64,000 bases of DNA from Octopus sinensis (GCF_006345805.1 NC_043005.1:109616001-109680000); one strand, 5' to 3'; numbered from the stretch's first letter, positions 37,150 through 50,680 are shown. The notes: generated by a model from the letters alone, not told the origin. Program-made: numbers and translations.

Positions 37150-39380
37150 TCTAGACATGCTCATATATATTTAAATGATAAACTTCTGGAAAGTTTTACT
37201 GATTTTTACTGTTCTGGTAATTGATTGGATCTGTAGACTTCGAATTAGCTTTCTTCATTCTGGTTTTGAGAAGCCTCATTTCTCAAGATTGGTATATAGA
37301 CAGTGTGTTACATATTCCAGGGCCCCAATAATTACAGGTATAAACCTGAACTTGTAATCAAGTCATTGACGGAGATGTTGCTAGTCTGATTTACAGTTTT
37401 CCTCCTTTTCACAACCATATAACAACATTTATCCTGACCAAACTCCAACCCTACATCCTTTGAGAATGTTGTAACCAGGTCAAGGCTCTTTTTCATCTTG
37501 TGCATATTCTTTGCATGAAGTTTCAAGTTATCCACAAAGAAATAGTGTGGAATTTTGGTATTTCTGTTTCCTTGTGAACCAGTGAGACTTCAGACTTCCT
37601 TAACATGATCGATAAGGGGTTTACAGAAAGTATAAACAACACCACAGAGTGGCTGTCCCCTTAGAATATGCATTTGTGATACAATATTCTATCAGTGATA
37701 ATACAGTCACACTTTGTGTTTAATTTCAAGATAGTGGCCCATGATGAAATCAGGGCAGCTATGGCTTTGACTATGTTCACTGGAACTTTAGCAAGCTGAA
37801 GGACTTCTAGCATCCGTGAGTGGGGAACAGAATCTAAGGCTTTCTTGTAGTCTAGCCATACTGAAACTAGGTTCCGCCTGTGCTCTTGCCCCTCTGACAT
37901 CACAGTTATGAGGATTAACAATTGCCCAGCACATCACAAGACTTCCTTCTTCTCAGCTGCTTGTTCTGCTGTGATAATGTTATTGGTTTCACAATGGAGG
38001 AAAAGGTTTAAGCATACTGTAGATATCGTATGCATTAAGTTCTGGCATGCAGTTGACCAGTAGCTTTTTGCCATGATGAAGGTTCTGCATTTGGGGAACA
38101 ATTTTGTCTCTGCCAGAGCTAACCAGTGTGGTATGCTATTGTTCCCATTGAGAGCTCACTCGTACGGACTGATAAGATATGGTTGGTAGAAGGTTAACTT
38201 CTTGTACTAATATCCAACAATCAAGTCTCTTCCAGGAACTTTTCCATTCCAGAGTTTCTGGATCACAGTTGCAAGAGTACCACCCTCAATGTTGTATATC
38301 TTAGGTGTAACACAGGAGCAATAACTTCTTCGGTTTTCTTCCAGTCACAGAGCATCTTGGTTAAACTCTTTCTCTTCACTCCAGCTCTTCCTCCAGAAGG
38401 AGTCTATGTCTTCTCATGAAGGAGCTTCTGTGATGTTCCCTGCTTCTCCTCTCGTGTCTCTGTATACTGCTGCCAAGTTCCGGTTAAATGTTTTGTTTTT
38501 TGTTTTCTTCTCAGTTATTCTCTACTGATGCCAGAGTTTCTCACTGACAACTTTTAGCTCCTCCTGCCTGAGGGTAATCACTTTGCAAGCGAGTGTCCTC
38601 TTTTTGCTGTCTCCAAACATCGTTTCTATCTCCTTCTTTGCTTTCTGTTAGTGAGACATATATTGATTTGCTTGTTTGCATGCAATATGCATGATTACAT
38701 GACAGATGGTCTTATGTAAACCAGTTATCTTTTTCTCTGTTTTCAAAACCCTTGATGGTACTTTCTTTGCTGTTTCGGTTTTGTTCACTTTTTGAATGTC
38801 ATTCATGTACTGCTTTTCAGTAGTAGCCAGAGCTCATAGACAGGCATTAATCTGCCAGAACGTGGGTTTATCACACTGCTGTAAATGCTCACCACTAATT
38901 TCATTAATAGTTTTAATATGATGGTTTTTTACCTACCTTAATAGAAAATACTCTTTCCTCAAGAGAGTACTTCAAAGCTAAAGTTATTTTTTCTTGGGAA
39001 ATTTCAGTAAGGGTCCATTTCTCCGGTATATAATCCTGACTGCCACTACTACTACAATATTCATTGCAATTGCACCTGCTGTTTACCAAAGTCGTAGAAG
39101 GGGGACAGGGGTCAGTTACTTTAGCCAGATATCTAGTTTGGCTTGCAGGCACTATGGAATCTGTTGGAATGTCACTAGCTGCAAAACCATGTGGTGGTCT
39201 TACATAATTTACATTTTCGTTTTTGTTTATAGAGTTGAGAAGAAGGTTAATTTTCGATTTTTTTAATAAAGTTACAGTTACCAACCTTCTTCCTACAAAT
39301 GTTGTTTGTTGGCAAAGCTGCTTCTAAGTAAAAGGATTTAATTCTGGAAGTAGATCATCCCAATATGATTTCAATCAATT
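37150..39380 (-). mobile_element. R4/Dong-like non-LTR retrotransposon, decayed, with an internal deletion between RT and RLE
   Basis: N-terminal GYMKLIEIILG. RT motifs VWLDYKKALDSVPHS and DNLKLHAK...FSKDVGLEFGQDKC. These are abruptly joined (~37355) to C-terminal DYKFRFIPVIIGALEY and ...LIRSLQIQSITRTVKISKTFQKFII*. Confidence 0.88.
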
Positions 39381-39389
39381 CATATAGCC

Positions 39390-39775
39390 AAAGTCCATCC
39401 CCTCCTCACCGTGGTGGGGACGCTGGCAACGGGTAGTGTAAGAGCTATGCCGTTGGGTACTTTGATTCCTGGTAGGGCCACCCAAGGAGGATTGGTCTGA
39501 CACCAAGTGGTATTAGGGCCACAACCCGGCAGATGGGGCTCTGGTGAAAAATCCTCGGAGTGTCTGTTTCAGTAACCGGCGGCTCCTCGGTCGTTCTGTC
39601 CCTGCGTCTGCGGACAATCTGCGGCAAACAGGATGTCTCTACATGTGGGATTGTTGGAGACTACTTGTGAAATCCACATATTCCTACAAAACGTCTTCCA
39701 AGGAAGAGGCTGACTCAACCCACCCAGGGTGAATGTCACCACAAGTACAAGTATTATAGCCAACAGCAAGGTTTT
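39390..39775 (+). mobile_element. Probable RTE-type LINE 5' UTR fragment
   Basis: GC-rich block with gagctatgccg...cctggtagggccacccaagg, which I recall from RTE 5' regions; no coding motif present. Confidence 0.4.
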
Positions 39776-40559
39776 GTTTTGCTTTTTGTAGCCGTTAAAT
39801 AGATCAGTATTTAATTCATAATTTCGAGAGAAACGAGTTTTGTAATTATGGTTTCTTCAATAATTACAACCAGAAGGAATTTGGTTACCTGTTGAGCTGT
39901 TGTTTGTGTTCTGTTCCTAGGTTGTGTTGTTGCTAATGTTGTGTCCAGCCATATCGTTTGTAGTAACTCTGCATACTAAATTCAAGTTTCACTAAAAAAT
40001 CACTACGATTGTGAAAAAAAGGTTCCATCACTTAATTCATCTGAAGACTAACCAGTTATATAACCAGGATGATAGTTGTGGCTCCACAGTTGGAGATGGT
40101 ATTCATCGTATTTTTGATAAATAGTCTTCCATGCCAAATACGCAACCTGTTGCTTTGAGATCGTATGTATGTATGCATGCATGTATGTATGTATGTATTA
40201 TGTATGTATGTATTATGTATGTATGTATGTATGTATGTATCTATGTATGCCTGCAAAGTGGCAAGTCACTTGTTTAAGCTAAAACTGTTGTCAGGTATTT
40301 GTGGTTACCTGAACTGGTTGATGCATGTATGTGTTTGCATTTGTGCACACGTGTGTGCGTGCATATGTGTGTGTGTATGTGTGAGTGTGTGTATGTTGTG
40401 CATATGCATATGCCGGTTGATAAACTTGACCTTGCGAATACCTATTTCATATTAGAATACAGGGTGTGCCCGTATTTCATCACCACATGTGTGCTCATGC
40501 ATATATATTCCCTATACACATGTGACTATGCACATGTGTTCATCCAGGATCTTCAGACT

Positions 40560-41510
40560 GAGAATCCCTGAAACATTTAACAAATTTTCAGTGTATCTTT
40601 ATTTGATTGTGTGGAGGCGCAATGGCCCAGTGGTTAGGGCAGCGGACTCGCGGTCATAGGATCGCGGTTTCGATTCCCAGACCGGGCGTTGTGAGTGTTT
40701 ATTGAGCGAAAACACCTAAAGCTCCACGAGGCTCCGGCAGGGGATGGTGGTGATCCCTGTTGTACTCTTTCACCACAACTTTCTCTCACTCTTACTTCCT
40801 GTTTCTGTTGTACCTGTATTTCAAAGGGCCGGCCTTGTCACTCTCTGTGTCACACTGAATATCCCCGAGAACTACGTTAAGGGTACGTGTGTCTGTGGAG
40901 TGCTCAGCCACTTACACGTTAATTTCACGAGCAAGCTGTTCCGTTGATTCGGATCAACCGGAACCCTCATCGTCATAACCGACGGAGTGCTTCCATCCAT
41001 TTGATAGTATCTGGAGGATGTGAATCAGTCTGTTCCGATATGTTTTGGAGAACTTAAGTTTCTATTCAGATCTGTTGATGTGCAGAGCAGTGCACCTATG
41101 ATAATAGGAACAAATGAAAATCTATAACCTAGATATTAGTGTTGTGGGTTTCTTATCAGTTCTCCACTGATGTTCTCCTTTTCCCCAGTGTTTAACAAGA
41201 CATTCATATTTGCTGGGCAGCTGATCTCTACAACGATGGAATGATTTTTCTCCCTGTAGTGTACAACAATTTCCTGTCGCGCTTAAATCATGTTATTGTT
41301 TATAATGGACTATTCCATCAGTACTCTTTAATCTTAAAGGTGTGGATACTTCCTGGGTCTTAATGACAATGCCATGTCTCATAGGAATATAGTATTTTGC
41401 AGACAATTTTGAACAGATGCTGATAAAAGGAAAGACAAATTGAAATAAATTAAATTAATCTTTTGTGATACCAGTACAGGGAATTTGCTTGTTTTTCTTA
41501 CAAACATCAC
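40560..41510 (-). mobile_element. R4/Dong-like LINE 3' fragment (RLE domain), interrupted by a SINE D
   Basis: Minus-strand segments SFHRCRDQLPSKYE / VVEISCPANMNV and YLGYRFSFVPIIIGAL. The C-terminus resumes at ~40600 beyond the SINE. Confidence 0.75.
40611..40998 (+). mobile_element. tRNA-derived SINE family D (tail type 1), young
   Basis: Head ggaggcgcaatggcccagtggttagggcagcggactcgcgg...gtttcgattccc with intact CpGs. TSD-like atttgattgt (40601-40610) / atttgatagt (40999-41008). Confidence 0.88.
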
Positions 41511-41553
41511 ATGCTGCTGCAATTTTGTTTCCATATGTCCCCTTCAGTTTTTA

Positions 41554-41946
41554 TAGGCGTAGGAGTGGCTGTGTGGTAAGTAGCTTGCTTACCAACCACA
41601 TGGTTCCGGGTTCAGTCCCACTGCGTGGCACCTTGGGCAAGTGTCTTCTACTATAGTCTTGGGCAGACCAAAGCCTTGTGAGTGGATTTGGTAGATGGAA
41701 ACTGAAAGAAGACTGTCGTGTATATGTATATATGTGTGTGCGTGTGTCTGTGTTTGTCTCCCCAATATCACTTGACAACCGATGCTGGTGTATTTACGTT
41801 CCTGTAACTTAGCGGTTAGGCAAAGTGGCTGATAGATTAAGTACTAGGCTTACAAAGAATAAGTCCTGGGGTCGATTTGCTCGACTAAAGGCAGTGCTCC
41901 AGCATGGTCGCAGTCAAATGACTGAAGCAAGTAAAAGAGTAAAAGA
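41554..41946 (+). mobile_element. Full-length SINE family A
   Basis: Family A head and tail. Confidence 0.9.
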
Positions 41947-43311
41947 ATATGGTTGATGCTGGGTCATAGTAGCAGTAGTAATAATATTAACTTTAGTAGT
42001 TGTGGTGGTGTTACACTAACTTGTAGCAGTAGTAGTAACAATAGGAGCTTCATCAAAAGTTTTAGTAGGGCCAGAGGCAGTTGTCTCCCTTTCTCTCCCA
42101 CAGGTATTTAAAAGTGGTCAATATTTGGTTATTAATGTTATTTCTTTGTTGATGCATTATTGTTGCATTGTGTAATCACTAAATTGATAAAAGGGAAACA
42201 TCATAAACCTTGGTGGACTTCTCCTTGCACATGTGTCTGCATGTTCACTGTGTATACATACACACTGTGTAAATATACACACCCCCCCCCCGTTGTTTGT
42301 CCAATTTAAACCCTGCACGACTTCTATACACACTGTCTTTCCTACCCGCATTGCTTCTTCACCAAACTTTGGCCGCCCTCCAATTCTTCCCCTCTCTTCC
42401 CCCATCCTCCTCCCCTCTTCCTCCCATCCTCCTTAATCCCTTCTTTCTCCTTTTCTCTGGTCACTGATTCTGTCCCCTGCCTTCCACCCTCTTGATTCCC
42501 TCTCTCTCTGTCTCTCTTTCTCTCTCTCTCTGCAACTGCTGCTTCTTAAACCATTCTGTTGGCCATCGTATCTCGACCAACATGGTCCCCGCTACCGAAA
42601 CGGTAATTATTTCTACGCCAGCTATGTTGTTGTTGTTTTGTCTCATTTGTCTAAAGTCGTATGACAACCACCGTTATATATATTTTGTTTATTCATTACT
42701 GTTTTCAATTTCGTTTCGTCTCTTGTATTTACATCCGTCTTGTGCGTTCACATTCTGGTCTTCTACCAAGAAATCTAATGCTTACAGCTTAGTTTTTCTT
42801 GGGGCTGGCCGAGTTGGAGCAAATATCAGAATTGAACAGCCGAAATTTGCTATGATGATTCGGTGTCTGACTGAAGATTGAAGGCTTCGAATGATTTGTC
42901 TGTGTTCCGTGTTCGTCCCTTCCTGTATTTCACGTTCATTATATATAAAAACATTCATTCTTATATATATATATATTATATATATATATATATATACTTT
43001 ATTTGCTAGCAAAAACTGTATTACTCTACCACTGGTATTTGAGTACTCTTTTTTACACCTTGTTTCACATTTATGTGTTTACTCCGGTATATATATATAT
43101 ATATAAATAAATAAAAACGGGCAGGCAATAGGTTGCTTAGCTACATACCGAAAAATTAGAAATAGCAGTCAAAGACTGTTTATTTCTATTTTCTACAAAT
43201 AAGACTCCACATATAACATATTCATGTGATTCACATACTGAAATCTACCCATAAATAATTGTTGTTTTTTTTTTAAACTATTAATTATTTACCATTATAT
43301 GATTAATAATG

Positions 43312-43342
<31 letters not shown>

Positions 43343-43846
43343 TATATACATAATATATGTCTGTGTGTGTGTGTGTGCGAATACACATACATACATACGG
43401 CTATACACATAATACTATGCATCCTGGTCAACAAGGATGAAAATAAGTAAAAGAAAAAGCACAAAGCACGTATGCTTACCATTATTTATAAGTGTCATGC
43501 ACGAAACTCTTGGCCTTTGAATCACTTTCGAAACTTTCTGGTGAGTGTGTGTGTGTGTGTGTGTTAGAGAGAAAGATGGGGCAGATGGAGATGGAGAAAG
43601 AAATGGACAGGCAGACAGGCAGAACGTTTGTTTGTGTGTGTTGGTAAATAATCTGTTCTTTTGGCTGTTTACAAACTAGAATATGTAAAGTACAAATAAT
43701 ATAATCTACTATAATAAGACACACGCACATGCACAACCCATCACGTTCTTGCACTTACATATATACATACATACATATATATCTATATACATACATACAT
43801 ACATACATATATACATACATATTATATATATATATATATATTATAT

Positions 43847-43941
<95 letters not shown>

Positions 43942-44091
43942 TATACATATATATGCATATACATACATATACATATACATATATATATATATATATGTGT
44001 ATACTACCAACACATGTGTACACATAGATCAGAATGTGGGGTAAAAACAGGAAAAAAAAACAATGAGTAAAATAATAAGAATAAATAAGTA

Positions 44092-44123
<32 letters not shown>

Positions 44124-44595
44124 TAATAATGATAAACAGAATGAACACGCTTCTCGAACTTCCTACACACAGACCTAGGTATCTACACACGTACATATGC
44201 ATAAAGAATTTATATAGTTGTGTTTACGTATAAACATTTATATAGATGTATACATTATAAACTGGAAGCTTAATCTTTGCTTTCATCAGTAAGACTATCA
44301 ACATCATCTTCCCCTCTTCCTCCCATCTATGTATACACCCACTCAGCCCTCACCTACATCAACAACAACAACAAGAGCAGCCATACAAATATAACCAAAA
44401 ATAATATCAACAACGGTATTAACAATATGCTAAACAACAATTGCGATAACAAGAAGATAAGATCATCAGATAATGTACTTATTTGAGTATGCACTTATAT
44501 ATATATGTTGCTGTGTGTGTGTGTATGTGTGTGTGTGCGTGTGTGTGTGCATACATATATATGAATGCATGCATGTATATGTATATATATATATG

Positions 44596-44642
<47 letters not shown>

Positions 44643-44679
44643 GTATGTATCTTTTTGTGTGTGTGTATATATATATATA

Positions 44680-44712
<33 letters not shown>

Positions 44713-45798
44713 CTTTGTGTGATTGTATATATATATATACACTCATAAATGCTCACATACATTCACTACATACTCATACTTGAATAATATACATATATAT
44801 TTACTTACATACATACATACATATATGTGTGCGTGTGTATATCTATATATATATATATATGCACACACACACACACATACACAATCACACATATACATAT
44901 ATGTATGTATATATCTATATATATATATATATACGTAGTTATACGTATATAAGTATGCTTTATCTCTCCATTTCCTATTTATTCACCCCTTTCAGCATTT
45001 CATTGAAGTCCTATTAAAATCTGAAGAAATTCCTGCCACGAAAACATCAATATTTCTTTGATCTCTACAGAATTTTCCATTTCTTCTTTCAAATTTTAGT
45101 ATTAGTTTTTTATTGTTGTTATGATTATTGTTGTTGTTGCTATTCTTATCGTTGATTTCTTTTTTTCTTTTTTTTTCTTTAAATTTCTTCTCTTTCTCAT
45201 CCATTTCCCAGTAGGTGATGATGCTGAGATGAGCTGAGATGAGATGGGATGGAACGGCGATGAGGATGGGATGTTCTTATGGGGTTTTGGTCTGGTTGTT
45301 TAATGTGTGCATGTGTGTGTGTATGTGTGTGTGTGCGTGTGTGAGAGAGAGAGAAAGTGGGAGTGAGCGTGAGAACATATGTATATATAAATATATATAA
45401 ATATATAAGTATATATGTATGTGTGCATATATGTGTGTGACCATATGCATGTTTATGTGTGTTTGTGTGAATATTTATCTATCTATCTATCTACTTATCT
45501 ATATATCTATATATACATATATATATATATATAGAGAGAGAGGGGGTGAGAGAGATACATACATATATGTACATATATATATATTTACATATATATATAT
45601 ATATATATATATATGTATACATACATATATCTTGTATATGTATATATACATGCATAAGAAAATATACATATATTTATATATACACACATTTATGTATACA
45701 TATATATGTATATATGAATGTATGTATATATGTATGTATGCATTTATGTATATAGGTATATATGTATGTAGATGCATAGATGTCTATGTATGCATATA

Positions 45799-45833
<35 letters not shown>

Positions 45834-46620
45834 AACGTACATGCACACATATAAGCACACACGCATACATTTAACATTTCGTATTTTGTTTTATATTTTT
45901 CTATATCTGAATTTTATAAAGCATTTTTTTTTCTCGTTTTTCTCTTTCCGTTTTTTTTTGTTTTTTTCCATTTCTGTTATTATATTGATAATTATTTTAA
46001 AGATTTTATATTATTGTGTCTAGAAACACCATTGTTTCTCTCTTTTTCCCCTCCAGTCTTTAACTTTTCTTCTCTTTTTTTTTCATTGCTTTTTGCTTTT
46101 TTTTTCATACTTTATGGCCTTCTTACCTCTACTTTGTTCTTTTTTAAATTTTTTTCTCTTTCTTCCTTCTTTTTCTTATTTGTTTCTTTCAATTTTTTTT
46201 TTGTTTTTGGTTCTCTGTTTTTTCATTTATTCATTCATTTTTTTTCTTCAAATATATTTTCATTTTTTCGTCGTTTTTGTTTTTCGGATATTATTTTCAT
46301 TTATATTTCTATTCCCTCACTTTGTTACCTCATATTTTATTTCATTTTCTATCTCTCTGTCCTTCTGTCTGTATGTAAGTATGCATGTATGCATGTATGT
46401 ATATATGTATGTATTATGCAGGCATGTATGTGTGTCTCTATATATATATGCATGTGTGTGTGTGGTATGTATCTTTCTGTCTATTGCTCCAGTTGTCTTT
46501 CTATTAGTCTATGTACCTGCACAATCCAAATGTCTGTCTATCTATTCATCTGTTCCTGTATCTATATCTTTGCATGTACGTGTGTTTGCGTATATGTGTA
46601 TGTATGTGTATACACACACA

Positions 46621-48200
46621 TCAGGTCGAATCGAAAGCGTTTTCATACTTCAAGCTTTAATTAATTGTTCAAAGTACACACAAATAGCATTTATTCATCA
46701 AGCTATATGCTGTCATAATCTATTGTCTATTGCCAATGTTAAATAATAATAATAATAATAAAAACATTGTGTACAGTGCTCAGGTGCACTACAACTCACC
46801 TAAAGTGTATGTATAATCAGGTGTAGTTTCGGCGGATTTCGGAAAGCATGAGGGCCTTAAAGGATGCAGTGTCATGGCAGTCAACAACTGACGCAGGCAG
46901 TTTGTTCCATGCTTCAGCAACTCTGAGCGTGAAAAAATGTTTCCGAAAGTCATGGGAGCTGTGTTGTTTTCTGACTTTGTAGGCATGTCCACGTGTGTTA
47001 GACACATGAAAATCAAAAAGGTGTTCAGTGTTGTTGTTGGTGAGGTGGTTGATAACTTTGTGGGTGTTTACCAAGTCCATCGCCAGACGCCGGAGCTTCA
47101 GTGAATCCATGCCCAGGGAAACAAGGCGCTCAGAGTATGGTAGGTGCTTGATGGAGGGTATGCATTTGGTTGCACGTCTCTGAACAGATTCCAGGAGGTC
47201 AATGTTGTACCGGAAGCTCAATTTGACACCCATACCATTTGGCTGGTTTAAAGACAAATCACTCACTGCCCCCATTTTCAATTTTGACCACATACTTAAA
47301 CCTCTATCCATGCAGGAAATTGAGTCATGGCTTGGAAAAGGAGGTAATCCGATGGCAGGGTGAGGCAGCCCTTCTAGCCCCTTGTGTTCCTCAAGTTTGC
47401 ACTTGATCACATTGGTTGTGGGGGCTAGGGCAATGCCATGCTGTAGAAGTGTGTGTCTTGAATTGACCAATGCTGGGTAGTGGACTTTCAAAGCATCATA
47501 TATTTACTGCATTCGTTTAGTGTTCACAGCATAACCATCTGGGACAAGCTGGAAGTGCAACATCTTGGAATTCAACAAAACACATAACATGACCTTCTGT
47601 TGATACTGGCCTTGTTTGACAACAGGTTCTGAAGCTTGGTCAGAATGAAGCCACTGTCTTATCTTATCAGGAATACAAAAATAGATACATTTTTCAGCCC
47701 CAGTCATAATTCAATGCCAAAAACAGGCATTTTGAGAATTTGTCAGCTATTATTTTCAAATGTTCACTCATCATTGAGCCTGCTCATTGGTCAGTTCACA
47801 AGGAGCTTTTTTTGACGGCCCCTGATCATGTGGCTGAGTTTATAGAGGTGTTGATTTGTGATGCTTTGTGAAAGCCATGTCCAGCTGACATTGTACAAGT
47901 GCTTGTGCTGGCTGTTGTTAAGCTATTTCAAGTGAGGACTCATCTTCCAAAAGAGGTCTCCCTGACCTTGTCTTGTTTTTGACGCCGGTGTCACATTCCT
48001 TCAAATGGCTGAGTCAGTTTTGTACCAAATGCTTGTTGACAGTTCCTAGGCCTTCCATATCATTAATTTCTTTTAGTGCATCTCTTACACTCAGTTCTTT
48101 CTTCCACAGATGGCATAAAATGGCTCAAATTACAGATTTTTCACTACAGTTATCAAAGTTGTATGATAATGGATAATGAATAAATGTTTATATGTTATAC
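46621..48200 (-). mobile_element. Mariner transposon pseudogene, interrupted by a CR1 LINE at 46742-47214
   Basis: HTH-region KTRSGRPLLEDE; QKVMLCVLLNSKMLHFQLVPDGYAVN; LLQHGIALA...LPHPA; KPAKWYGCQIEL | EHWQ*TIDYDSI*LDE*. TIR-like tcaggtcgaatcgaaag at 46621. Confidence 0.85.
46742..47214 (-). mobile_element. CR1/L2-type LINE, 5'-truncated 3' end
   Basis: IDLLESVQRRATKCIP...LPYSERL...LKLRRLAMDL...TRGH...RKHFFTLRVAEAWNKLP is the characteristic CR1 ORF2 C-terminus; (ATT)n tail at 46742-46760. Confidence 0.92.
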
Positions 48201-48511
48201 ATGAAAATAAAGAATAATTAAGTCAGCAACAATGCACTTCACTTTTGTAGTTATTAGGAACACTGTGAGAGATCCTTCAAATGCATGTTACTGCTCAACC
48301 ACTGCAAGTCCTTGGGGGACACTTTATTGTATCATGTTTCAGTGGGACATTGTTATTTGCTCCTTGATACAATAACATTTTCCCTGAGGATCTGTTGTGA
48401 CTGATTATCTATATATGCATATGGAACATTTAATTGCAAGGTTCCAAACAACCATAAATTCTCATAGGAACTTTAATATAAACTTGAGTTTATCCTTAAT
48501 TTTCAAATATA

Positions 48512-48550
<39 letters not shown>

Positions 48551-48574
48551 TATATATATATATATATATGTATA

Positions 48575-48807
48575 TATTATATAAAATCCGTTCTGTCTGT
48601 GTGTCTGTCTTCTAGGATCTCAGGCCTCCTCCATCCGATTGTGCTCAAATTTGATTTGTAGATACCGATGGCATCAGGGCGTGTATAAGTCTTGAAAAAA
48701 TTGCAAAAATCGATTCCAGGTGAGAATGCTATCGATAAAGCCGTGGTAACGTGCATTTGCACATGCAAGTACATCAGCACCGTCCATTGGACAGGGGACA
48801 TTTTGCT

Positions 48808-48808
<1 letters not shown>
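48575..48808 (+). mobile_element. Probable non-autonomous Helitron-like element, 5' part
   Basis: tatataaaatccgtt+(CTGT)-type microsatellite followed by ccgattgtgctcaaatttg, the layout typical of microsatellite-bearing non-autonomous Helitrons. No 3' end seen. Confidence 0.42.
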
Positions 48809-48856
<48 letters not shown>

Positions 48857-50370
48857 TCATCATCATCATTATCATCATCATAGTTTTTCATACTGGCATG
48901 GGTTGGACAGGTTGACAGGAGATGGCATGCCAGAGAGCTACATTAGGCTCCATTTGTCTATTTTGGCATGGTTTCTATGGTAAGATGCCCTTCCTAACAC
49001 CATCCACTTTACAGAGTGTACTGGATGGTATATATGAGTGTGTATGTATATATATATATATAGCTATATATATATATATTTATATTATAGCGGACTTCTA
49101 TATCTTTCGATGTTACTTGATTGAATATATAAGAGGTAAGTTTTTCCTAGCATTTTCAGATTTATAGGAATATTATGTCGATAAAGGAAATGAACTTTAC
49201 GATTCTAATCCAGAAACGATCGTCCATAATTAATCCAGTAGACTGTGTGGGTTTGTTGTTTTCCTTTCTTCTTTTACCATATATGAGTTACAAAGGCTGT
49301 TGTTTGCAGAGACTTATTTTTGTAGTAATAGTATAGTAGCCCGTTGACTGCTATTTCTAATATTTTTGGTATGTGGTTTAAGCAGCTTGTTGCAAAAAAC
49401 CCTTTATTATAATTATATGAATTTTTACCGATTATGGTCCTTTCGATACCGAAATACTACTAGGTGAAATTTATTGATTTTATTAAATTAATTATATTTC
49501 ACCCTTTATCTGTATATAATATATATATATATTATATATATATATATATAATATATATATATATATATGGATGTATGGATGGATCTATGTGTGTGTATAT
49601 ATATATATGCATGTGTTTGTGTGTGTGTGTGTGTAAACTTCTTTCTATCCATCCTCCTCTCAGCCCTTCTAAAACACTTGTGTCCCACTCTTGTTATGAG
49701 AAATGTTAAACATTTGGTTGCTGAGTTCCTGCACATCTATTGAAATGCTTGTTGAGTTGAAGTTTTCTTGTGTTTGGATTATCTATTTGTTGTCGGTGAA
49801 TTGTCATGTATTTTCTGAGTGAATGTTTGTTTGGCCAATATAATTCTTGCTACAGCCACAGCACATTATGCTATAAATTGTTTTCTGAAAGGTAAAAGAA
49901 GTCATTTTATATTTTAAAAATTTTACCATTTTTCAAGCAGATCTTGGGGCCTTCAGTTATACTAATACAAATTACACGATTTGATCTTCAACGTTTTTTT
50001 AATTGTTGGGTTTTGTGTAATGTTGGTAAATAATTGAGCACTTGATAAAAGTTTTATATTTTTTTTAATGTGTGCAGCTGCTTTTTGCTTTTAATTAGTT
50101 TTTCTAAGATTTTTCTAATTCTGTGATTAACAGCAGTAAATTTTGACTAATTACATCAAAATCCCCAATATTCTTAGTGTTATAAATTGAAATTTATGGT
50201 AAAACATTTACTTCTGTTTTTTGTTTTTACAGTTAATAAATCATTGATATTAATTGCCTCTGCTCTTTCAATTGCACTGTTAATTAGAGCAGATAACATC
50301 TTCCATTCAGAATATCTTTTCATTACTTTAGTTTTTTCTTCCAGGCATTTGGGTTTGATATATATTTGAT

Positions 50371-50680
50371 GTGGAGGCGCAATGGCCCAGTGGTTAGGGC
50401 AGCGGACTCACAGTCATAGGATCACGGTTTCGATTCCTAGACTAGGCATTGTGAGTGTTTATTGAGCTAAAACACCTAAAGCTCCACGAGGCTCTGGCAC
50501 GGGGTGGTGACAATCCCTGCTGTACTCTTTCGCTGCAACTTTCTCTCATTCTTTCTTCTGTTGGCCTGCTCGCTTAGCCAGCGGGGTGGCATCATTTAAA
50601 GGCTAAAACAAGGTGAAACGCATTGTGACCAGCGATGTGTAGCAACATCTGATAGCCCGGTCGGTCACGGTGATCACGGT
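50371..50680 (+). mobile_element. SINE family D (tail type 2)
   Basis: Same head as 40611; tail ...gctaaaacaaggtgaaacgcattgtgaccagcgatgtgtagcaacatctgatagcccggtcggtcacggtgatcacggt; TSD atatatttgat on both sides. Confidence 0.88.

Noticed and set aside
38913-39284. 123-aa ORF with Cys residues
   Set aside because: It lies within the N-terminal region of the decayed R4/Dong-like LINE.
40611-40685. tRNA-like sequence (also at other SINE heads)
   Set aside because: A/B boxes are present, but the sequence continues into a SINE body with a TSD and lacks a complete acceptor stem, so it is not a tRNA gene.
46817-47491. 224-aa ORF as a host gene
   Set aside because: It is a chance mariner/CR1 junction frame (reported under findings).
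49740-50370. AT-rich block with broken minus-strand reading (..MLSALINSAIERAEAININDLL..) resembling a decayed TE ORF
   Set aside because: It has many stops and no diagnostic motif, so it could not be assigned.
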